Assembly (NCBI RefSeq): GCF_009914755.1
Contig: NC_060928.1
DNA: 64,000 bases
Strand: one strand, 5' to 3'
Source of the DNA: the human T2T-CHM13v2.0 reference genome, Homo sapiens
Numbering within the stretch: the stretch's first letter is position 1; each line of letters starts with the position of its first letter. The translations under genes and the position numbers were made by a program. Shown here piece after piece: positions 54,501-64,000 of the stretch. Under the pieces are notes generated by a model. It did not search any database. It was not told the origin of the DNA and saw nothing but the letters and a program-made list of their open reading frames with translations.

Positions 54501-55692
54501 CCAGATTCTAGTGGTTTCAGAAGCTTCTGTGAGTCCTCCTCAGTCCTTATCTAGCTATATGTTAAAGGGTACATTACATGATGATAAGCAGTTTAAAAAT
54601 TTTATTCATTCATTCGTTTTTGTTTAATGCCAACAGCATGTTTATGGCTGTACGCATTTACACATGGCTATCAGGCTGAGGTCTGTTGCTCAGAGGTCCT
54701 GGAGGTTGTATGTGCCTTAGGCTTCCTGCCTCACTGCTGCCTGTGGGAGGAAGAAGCCAGACTAGAGGGACAGCCACATGTACATGGCTTCTCCTTTCTC
54801 CATAATCTTACCGACTCTGTGTGCTGTTAAACAGCAAAAATATTCAGTTTTCTTTACTGGTTCCTTACATTTTGCTCTCTACCCTCAGAATGCCAGTTGT
54901 GGAGTGAAACAAATGTAGCTGATGACATTAAGACTTCTCTCTGATCTTCATGAATTTCCTCTAAACCTGGTAGGCATGGCCATGTTCCTACTTGAATGGC
55001 AGTCCTGAATAGAACAGAATCTATGACTCATTTTTTTCATGGACTTTTTCTTTTTCTAGATATGAGGTTGAGATTTAGCCAAGGTAGTTAAGAGTGAAAA
55101 CAAGCTTCCCAGAATGTTCAGCCCCAGTAACATATTCCAGCACTTTAGGAGAGGGGCAAGGAACAAATTAAAGGAAAATATGCTTTTGTAATATGTGTGT
55201 GTGTTTTGCGTATGTAGAGGATCACACTTTTAGAGTGTTAGCAAACATTTAAAATAATGATGTTTCTAATTTTAAAAGTTCTTTCTTTAATAGATTATTT
55301 GTTAGGAATTTGGATAAAACTGTGACGTTAAATTTTATTCAATTTTTAATTCTTGTCTAATGCCAACAGCTTGTCTATGGTTCTTGAGAATAAAGTTTGG
55401 TGTGTCAGAACAAAACTCACTTCTAGTGGAATTCCTCCTTTTCACCAAATCCAATTGATGCTGAGTGAGTTGAACTGTGTTTCTTTGACCACATGAAGAA
55501 AATAATTGATGAACTGAGGAAAATAGTTATTTGACACCAATGATTTTTCTATGACACAGCCCAAGACTGACTAATGCCAAGGATCAGCACTTTTGCTTTC
55601 ATGGGGACTGTCATTATTTCAAAAAGACTAAAATGTCTATGTGCATTTTTCATTATAAATGGAGCCTTTTCAGAGAGACATTACTGACTTAC

Positions 55693-55882
55693 CTATAGAC
55701 CTGTTGCAAATGACATTCCACTTTTTCCTCCAGGATTCAGAAATAAAATTTTGAAAGACTGCCACACTATCATCACACTGCCAGTTATTATCAGCCAAGT
55801 CAACCACTAGATGGGGAAATTCTAGAGCTATGATCATCATTGGTAGGATGGTAATCAGAGCATTGTTGCTAAGGTCTATGAC
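55693..55882 (-). CDS. LRRC66: LRRC66 internal exon (190 bp): last LRR and LRRCT cap
   Basis: aaacag|GTC ... ATAG|gtaagt; VIDLSNNALITILP...DLADNNWQCDD; phase 0 to phase 1 joins both neighbours in frame. Confidence 0.93.
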
Positions 55883-56354
55883 CTGTTTGAGAAGAAACAA
55901 GTTTAGGATGGTCTGTGGATAAAGACATTTACAGATAAAATAAATGAGTTACAGAAAACTACTGTTTATGTCTCTATGGAGGCAATATGGATTTAACACT
56001 GGTTTACAAGTCAGGGAATTAGTGGGGTTTTAAGTCTCTGTTCTACCCCTAAAAAGTTTATGAGTCTTGATAAATTGTTCACTTTCTATAAGCCTCCCTC
56101 CCAGGGTTGCTGGAAGCATTAACTGTATGTGAAAGCTTTCAGTATCATGCCTATATTTGATGCCTAATCATTTTCTCTTCCTTCTTTCCTGAGTGTAATT
56201 TGTACTGTTAAATAAAACCTAGATACTCATGTTATCAAGGTCTAGAATTGGATACCAGGTCAAGAATTTCTAGAACTACTGCAATCTTGAAAGCAGCAGA
56301 AAATACTGGATGATGAAGACACAGAACACAGACTTGTGGTTGACCAGAAATCTT

Positions 56355-56490
56355 ATTTATTTATTTATTTTTCTGGTAGAGATGAAATCTCACTATGTTG
56401 CTTAATTGGACTCAAATTCCTGGGCTCAAGTAATCCTCCCCAGGCCTTGACCTCCCAAAATGCTGGAATTACAGGCACGCACCTGACCTC
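56355..56490 (-). mobile_element. FLAM/Alu monomer
   Basis: gtagagatgaaatctcactatgttgc...cctcccaaaatgctggaattacaggc. Confidence 0.75.
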
Positions 56491-58350
56491 AGAGAGAGAT
56501 CTTTTGAATCAAATATTATCTCAAGAGTAGTAGTACATTTCTCCACATCCATGGCTATTCAGTACATGCAGTATGACTTATTTTTCTAGTCTGATCAGAA
56601 ATGAAGGGGAAAGGGGAACAAGAAGTATCCAGTGGCTCTAGAAACAGAGAGCAGGATCTGTAAGTGTCGGACACGACAGGAGCATGACATAGCAGGGGAA
56701 AGCACAGTTAGGAGGAGCTTTAGCTGCCATTTGCCGAGCCCTGCTGGGTCCCAGACATGCTACTGGGTGCTTCACATACATGATCTCTGATCTCAACAAT
56801 TTCCTCATTTTCACCTATTCTACAGAGGAAGAAGCTGGGTTAAGCCACACAGTATATCCCACATAGACCCTAGCACCTAGTACATAGCAGGTGCTGTGTA
56901 AACAATAGAAAGGAAGGAAGGAATTAATGAAATGGTAGAGCTGAAACCTGATCTGGCTTCACAGCTGTGTGCCTTCCAATGCAGAACATACCCTCTTGGT
57001 GCCTGAGCCCCTGCTACACTAGAGTGAAGGAAGGGCTGGGCTGAGGAGGCCTGGGGCAGAGGCACCAGGGTGGCTCATGAGGTTTGGGGAGAGGCACATG
57101 GTTATTAGGAGAAGAGAAAATCATAAAGATGAAAATACAGTCCTTGCTTTCAAAAAAGAGGATGATGAATATAATCTAGAAAGGCTGAATGTTATCAAGG
57201 CCAATTGCTTTATAGACACCCGTGAAAAATCAGCATTTACATTTTGGGTTATGTAAATTCCTAAAGAAGGGCTTATTCAAGCAAATAATCAAACACTGCC
57301 ACAAACAAGACCATTACATACAGAATCACAATTTTTTGTGAACTTGGGTAATAAGCGTGAGTTTTCCATTAATGAATAGCCAAGCAGTGTTGACTCTCAA
57401 AGGAAGGTTGCCAAAAATTGGAGGTGGGAGACTGTGGGATTGGAAAGAAAAAATACTTAGCTTTAGTCTGGTCTTGGTGACGATCAGTAGCTTTCTTATG
57501 TATCGCTTGACAACAGATTGAAATATTCTAATGTTTTTTAGGTAATTATTTTCTTTTTAGTGCATGTCTACATTTATTTTTTGTCCTAGCGTCTTATTAT
57601 ATTACAAATCATGGAACCAGAAGCAAAACTGGAGGGAGGATAGAAAATTAATAAAATTACTCAGGAGGAACAATTTCTGAGAGAGGAGTAAAACAGAATG
57701 GTCCAATTTGGCTAAAGAAATACCCATCTACCAGCATTTGAAAGGGGTATACATTATGGAAAGGTTGGGAGAAGCATATGTAATATTGCTTCATAAATCA
57801 CTGCATTTAAGAAGAATGGGATAAGATTAGGAAAAGAAATGCTAATTTGAAATGTCAGTGAAACTTATTTCATCCCATCAAAGCATGGTGATAAATGTAT
57901 GCTTTGAAAAATCTATCTGGCTTCTGAAAAGATTTCCACATGGGAAATCACATAGAATAGTGCAAGTATCAAATTCATTGCCCAGAAGAAAACAACATCC
58001 ATTGTGATATTCAGCTTTTTTGGTACCAAATATGTTCATCATGTTCCAAAACCAGTTTTTAGAGATATTGCCAAACATGCAGAAGGGATATTAGAGGAGA
58101 AGAAATGGTATGATTCTGGGGCAGTTACAGTGCATTGAGAATTACAGCTGTATATAAAACATTCTCAAGGTTGATTTTTAGTCTGCCTGTGACATCTATT
58201 ACCTGTGAGTTGCAGAAGACTCATAGAGCACAATAAAAATGCACAGGAAATACAACAGATGAAGGGCAAATTACATACACAAGGAGTATACTATATACTA
58301 CCAATTAACTACCAAGTTAAGTGGACCTTTTCATCTGTCCTCATGACTAC

Positions 58351-58919
58351 TGTAGCAGACAGACTCTAGGATGGTCCCCAGTGATCCTGCCTCCTTGGTG
58401 ATCAGGCCCTTGAGTACTCTCCTTCCCTTGGGTGCAGGCAGGACCAGTGATTTGTTTCTAACCACAGACTATGGAAAACAATGGAATGCCACTTCCATGA
58501 TGACATTACAAAGAATTATAATGTTCTTGCTAGCAGACTTTCTTCCTCGATGGCTCTGAAGCAAGCTGACATGTTGTGAACAGCCCTATGGAGAGGCCCA
58601 CATGGCACAGAACTGAAGGCAGGCTTTGGCCAATAACCAGCAAGAAACTGAGCCCTTACTCCAGCAGCCCACAAGGAACTGAATCCTGCCGACGGCCACG
58701 TGAACTTGGAAGTGAATCCTTTTCTAGCTGGGCTTTTATGTTAGACTCCAGCCTTTGCCAACACTTTGATTGCAGCCTCTTGAGAGAGCCTTAAGTGGAG
58801 GCCCCAGGTAAGCCATGCCTGGATTTCCGTCTCATAGAAATTGTGAGATAATCTATGTGTGTGGTTTTAAGCTGGTAAGTTTGTAGTAATGTATTATGCA
58901 GCAACAGATAACTAATACT
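58351..58919 (+). mobile_element. MLT1E/F-type LTR in LRRC66 intron
   Basis: tgtagcagacagactctaggatgg...ttatgcagcaacagataactaatac. Confidence 0.75.
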
Positions 58920-58939
58920 CCTATCTATGTCCATCACCC

Positions 58940-59450
58940 ATGTATTCATTCCTTTGTTTATTCGATAAGTATTTTAAAATATGTGTTAGGTACCAGGCAT
59001 ATGCTAAGCACTGGAAAAGAAAACAGATATGATGTATGTCCTCAAAGAGCTTACGATAGGGTAGAAGCGTTTGAGGACACAGGCATTAACAACTAATCAT
59101 ACCTAAAACTAAGTAATTTCAGCTGGGATAAGTGCAATGAGAGGAAACGGAAATGTATAGCATGTTATAAGTGTTTATAAAGGGGAATTAATTTAATCTG
59201 GAGGCCCAGGGAAGGCATCCTTGAGGAAATAATATTTTAGCAAAACTGACAGGATTAACAGAAGTCGGCTCCAGGCAAAGGATGAGCAAGTGGGGAGGAC
59301 TTGAGGTGAAAACAGAGGCAGGAGTGCAGGGAGCCAGGGAAGAGGCTTGAAAGGAGGCTGGAGAGGCAGACAGGGGTCAGGTCCTTGCAGTGAAATCTTA
59401 GAAGTGTTTTAACCAAGAAGTGGGAGAATCAGATTTCTATGTTAAAAGAG
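58940..59450 (-). mobile_element. L2 3' fragment
   Basis: attcattcc...taccaggcatatgctaagcactgg...gggaaggcatccttgagga. Confidence 0.55.
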
Positions 59451-59484
59451 CAGGCGACAGTGGCCACTTTAAAATTTCTATACA

Positions 59485-59690
59485 CAGACTGCATTTATAA
59501 AGTACTTACTGTATTCTAAGCACTTAATTCTCACAAAACTCTGAGAGGAACTAAATTATCTTCATTTTTCAGAAGAGAAAAGTGAGACACAGAGAGATTT
59601 GGTAACTTGCCTAAGATAGTGTGGCTGGAAAGTGGCCGAGGCTAGGTTTAAGCCCAGGCAGCTGGCTCAAGGCCACGCTCCCCATCACTG
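59485..59690 (-). mobile_element. MIR
   Basis: catttttcagaagagaaaagtgagacacagagagatttggtaacttgcctaag. Confidence 0.65.
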
Positions 59691-59829
59691 CTTCACTAGT
59701 CTCCCTTCTACAGAAGAGGGACTCCAGGAGCCATTCTGGTTGGAAGTGGGGAGTTGGAGGCTTATCTTGCAGCTATGCCTGAATAGCACTTTGCAGAACA
59801 CTGGGAAAACCTCAGTTTTCTTTGTTGAC

Positions 59830-60271
59830 ATTGCTTAATATGATAGCCACACCAATAGATGACTAATACACCTATCCATGTCCATCAGCCACTTATTCAT
59901 TTAACAAGTATTTAAACATATATATCAGGTACCAGGCATATGCTAAGCACTGGAAAACAAAACAGATATCATGTATGTCCTCAAAGAGCTTACATGTAGC
60001 TATAGAGCAATTAAAACAGGGGTGGTCCAAATTGGGATGTGTGGTAAGTGCAAAATATCCACCAGGTTTTGAAGACTTACTATGAAAAGGGGATATAAAA
60101 TATCTCATTAATAATTTCTATATTGATGATGTGTAAAAGATAATATTGGATAAATAACACTTACCACTAAGAAGAAATTCACTTGCTTATTTTAACTTTT
60201 TCACTGTAGCTACTGGAACATCTAAAATTGCATGTGCGGCTCACATTCTATGTTTCTATTGAATGATGCTG
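59830..60271 (-). mobile_element. MER33 hAT-Charlie element containing a ~144-bp insertion
   Basis: aatatgatagccac|...|catgtagctatagagc...tttctattgaatgatgctg matches MER33 antisense. Confidence 0.7.
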
Positions 60272-61167
60272 GCCTATACAAAGAATGGGAGTTGTCGTGG
60301 AGGTTATGGAGATGGGGGACTAAGGACTCTTACAAACCATCTAGTAGTGCTACACTGCAGGCCACTCCAGTGTTGCTAAAAGACCACTGAGAGGAGATTT
60401 TACAACATTCTCCCAAAGGGAAGGGTGTGGAGAAAAGTGCTTGGAGGAGAAGGGGCTGAAGCTGCCAGACCTGGAACAGGGCTTCAGGAGTTCCTTACCC
60501 TTACAGTAGTATAATTGGCACCTTGGGAGATTAACTGCAACGCGCCAGAGACAGGAACTATTGGGCCAAAATGTGACATAAATCTCCCCAATATGGGTTG
60601 GACGTTTAGAACTGCATGTGGCACACATGCTATACAAGTATGGAAATATCATTATCATTTTTATTGTTTTGTGTCCAATTTTGAAATGGAAGCAACAGGG
60701 TCACTGGGTTTCAGAGGCCCATCTAGTCCACGGTTGTTGACATCTTAGCATCAGCCAGGGTGGTTTAGCGGGGCCTCCCCAAGCGTTCCATATTGCATAA
60801 GACCCCTGGGACCTTTGACCAATCTTGTAGCTTAGGGAGACAGCCTCACTAATAACTAAGATTTAATTCCTTGCCAACTGGTAAGTGAAATCTTGGAGTT
60901 GGATATAACTTGATTTAGAAAAATAATGTGTCAATTCTTGCTGTTGAGTATTATGTTGGAGTAAAATTCATGTCCCTTATTGTGGCCTTTGATTTTTGAG
61001 GCAAGAAAGAGACTTCAGCTCTTTTAAGGGATCTTAAAATAGACTAACAGTTTTTGATTAATAGCCAGTACTACTGGACATGAAGAAACTCTTCAATAGA
61101 AATATGCTTCTAATGTAATTGCCCATGTGTCTTCCTTATTCAAATATTATAAAAATGATTTTAGAAC

Positions 61168-61337
61168 CTGTAATTTTTTGAGGTCCTTGAAGGCTTGTGG
61201 GGGAATTTTGAATATCTTGTTGCTCTTTAAACAGAGATTCTCCAGTTGCAGGCAGTTGTGAAAATCAGACCACCCTATTTGCAATATCCCATTGAATGAC
61301 AGATCCAAACTCTGCAATGACTTCAGTTTCCACAGTC
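61168..61337 (-). CDS. LRRC66: LRRC66 internal exon (170 bp): leucine-rich repeats
   Basis: ttaacag|GA ... CAG|gt; (G)LWKLKSLQSLDLSFNGILQIGWSDFHNCLQLENLCLKSNKIFKIPPQAFKDLKKLQ fits LxxLxLxxN; absent from the ORF track. Confidence 0.92.
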
Positions 61338-61369
61338 CTGTTAAAATGAAAAAGTAAGTTGAAATCTAA

Positions 61370-61800
61370 ACTGGTAAAATTTACTGCAGCACTGTTTGTA
61401 ATGGTGAAAAATTGGAGACAACATTAAGAGTTCTCAATTGAGGTATTGTTAAACAACGTATGGTATATTAATACTATGAAATAATATGTGGTCTCAAAGG
61501 AGAATGAGACAGATCAACATATAAACTGACTGAACTGGAAGAAAAAAGTTAAGTGCAGAATAGTATAAAGTCCAATGTCCTTGGGAAAAAGAGCCATATG
61601 CAAACATATACATAGATTTTGAGTGAGCAGGAAAAGGCCTGGCAGGAGATAAACTAAACTACTAACAGTTAGAGTTAGGACTAGGATGGTTGAGTTGAGG
61701 GAAGTGAAGAGGGATAAGAAAAGAAATGTTGTTTTGAACACTTTTGAATTCTTTCTTTCAATGAGCATGTACTACTTTCAAAATAAGAGAATCAGTTAAA
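61370..61800 (+). mobile_element. L1ME-type 3' fragment
   Basis: gcagcactgtttgtaatggtgaaaaattggagacaac...tatggtatat...caatgagcatgtactacttt. Confidence 0.55.
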
Positions 61801-61876
61801 AATATAACTTTGATTGAAAGACGTGATAAATATTTATTTGTTTGAACTATATAGTAAAACTAAATAATCTTGCTAA

Positions 61877-62252
<376 letters not shown>

Positions 62253-63297
62253 GTCTTATTCTATTTTGTAGCCATGTCCTTTCTTATAGCTACTTATTGT
62301 TGACATTATGACTATTTCCTAGGCATTCTTGTGTTTTCCAAAGGTAGTAAGTTATAGCTAGATTTTGTTTTCCAGGAAAATAATCAAATTGAATTTTGGT
62401 CTCTGCCTTTGTATTTCACTTGATTTCAGAGAGTAACCAGGAGGTCCATTTGGCACTGAAAATAAATAAAGGTTGAGAAGGAGGTGCCAGTCATAGCTGT
62501 CTCTCAAATTTCATTTCCCATATGGGTCTCAGAAGGAAGTGCCTGCATTTTTACATTTCCTTCTGCACTGTTCTTGCATGTAGCCTGTGTCTTTAATCAA
62601 CATAACAAGATCAGGTTGGTTCAATTACAGGAGGCTTTTTTCCTTGCCTACTGTCTGCAAGGTACTTATTGTAAGATTGATTATACAGGGAGATGACTTA
62701 ATTGAAATGGCTGCACCATCAAGGTTGTCATATGTTCATTTAATTGTATACATGCTAAGCAAGAGATCGTCAGGACGACGAATCAATCAAAACATTATGG
62801 GCAAGGCAGTCGGTGCTGAGGACAAGTATGGACAGCATAGAATCTTTACTCTTTAAAGAGTTTAATATGGTCCAATGATAAGACATAAACTCGAAGTAAA
62901 GTTACTAGTTATACAGAGTAGTTCATCACATGGACCATCCAACCATAAAATTAAGTTTTATTTGTTTGTTTGCATGTCTATCAGATGATCAAGTCCCTTC
63001 AGGGCAGAATTCACATCTTTGAATTTTTGCAGTGTTTGATAGAATATAGTATATACTCAGTAGGCCAGAGGCCACCATGTTTGGCCTGCATAGTGATTTA
63101 AAAATCATTGTACTGACATTAAAAATTCAATAAAAATTTGCATTTCTGGCTTCTCTTAAGAAAACTGGAAGTTCTAATTGGCACTAGATGACATTTGGCT
63201 GGAGCTGAATGAAGGCTGCCTGCTATCAATGGGGGCGTGAGCTTATAGAAGACTATCATTTCTTTGTACTCATGTCTCTATCAAAAACAAGAAAACA

Positions 63298-63560
63298 GGC
63301 TGGGCGCAGTAGCCGATGCCTGTAATCCCAGCACTTTGGAAGCCGAAGCGGGTGAATCACTTGAGGTCAGGAGTTCAAGACCAGCCTGGGCAACGTGGTG
63401 AAACCCTGTCTCTACTAAAAATACAAAAATTAGCCAGTAAGGTGGTGCTTGAGCCCGGGAGGCAGGGGTTGCAGTGAGCCGAGATCCATGCCACTGTACT
63501 CCAGCTGGGGCAACAGAGTGAGACTCTGTCTCAAACAAACAAACAACAAAAAAAAAAACA
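63298..63560 (+). mobile_element. AluS with internal right-arm deletion
   Basis: 'aggtggtg|cttgagcccggg' skips ~45 bp of the Alu right arm; TSD aaaacaagaaaaca / aaaacaggaaaaca. Confidence 0.85.
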
Positions 63561-64000
63561 GGAAAACAAAGGATAGGCCAAGAAGACTTTTTTTTTTTTT
63601 GAATGAGAGAGAACTAAGGCTTATAGTCAGCTTATTCTGGTAAAAAATATTTCCATATTGGTTTGGAAATTACCATTGCCCAAGTCCCTGTGCACAGCCC
63701 TGCTGCCCTGAGCACTTACTTCAGTCTATCTTCTCCCTTCCCTCAGTCCAGCAGCACCTGGCTCCAGCACTACAGCCAGGAGGCATCCAACTGTGGAGCC
63801 CAGGCTGAAGGCCAGTTGTTAAATATTTTGAATATAACCTCTGGAGAAAATGTTTCTTTGTGCATAGAAGCATATTCCTACATCTTTTAATATGGGTCTG
63901 TCAGAAAAAATGCAAAATAAGACACCAATATGAAAGAAGCTACAGCTTTCTTAACATTTTCATGATACCTGCCTGGCCTATATAAGGATGTGAACTCATG

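Overview
Primate (human-like) genomic DNA, densely repeat-derived. It is not prokaryotic: there is no CRISPR array, rRNA or tRNA. The only protein-coding gene is the 3' part of LRRC66 on the minus strand. Three coding exons (61337-61168, 55882-55693, 54110-52324) splice in frame into LRR repeats, an LRRCT cap, a basic stalk, one TM helix and a long acidic tail, with AATAAA at 51615-51620; the 5' exon(s) lie beyond the window. The first ~51 kb is intergenic. It holds a 12.65-kb nested MaLR/MSTA/L1/Alu/MER41 stack with its outer TSD intact, three near-full-length minus-strand L1PA elements (all with broken ORFs), an RPL37A processed pseudogene, and many Alu, MIR, L2, LTR and DNA-transposon relics. 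I found no convincing new multi-gene system. The best leads are a decayed coding-like extension in the LRRC66 3'UTR, an L1 with a ~1.04-kb internal tandem duplication and an apparent 3' transduction, two sibling L1s sharing non-consensus variants, two short templated insertions, and a MER41B LTR retaining a GAS/STAT motif. Repeat subfamily names come from recalled consensus sequences, not from a search.
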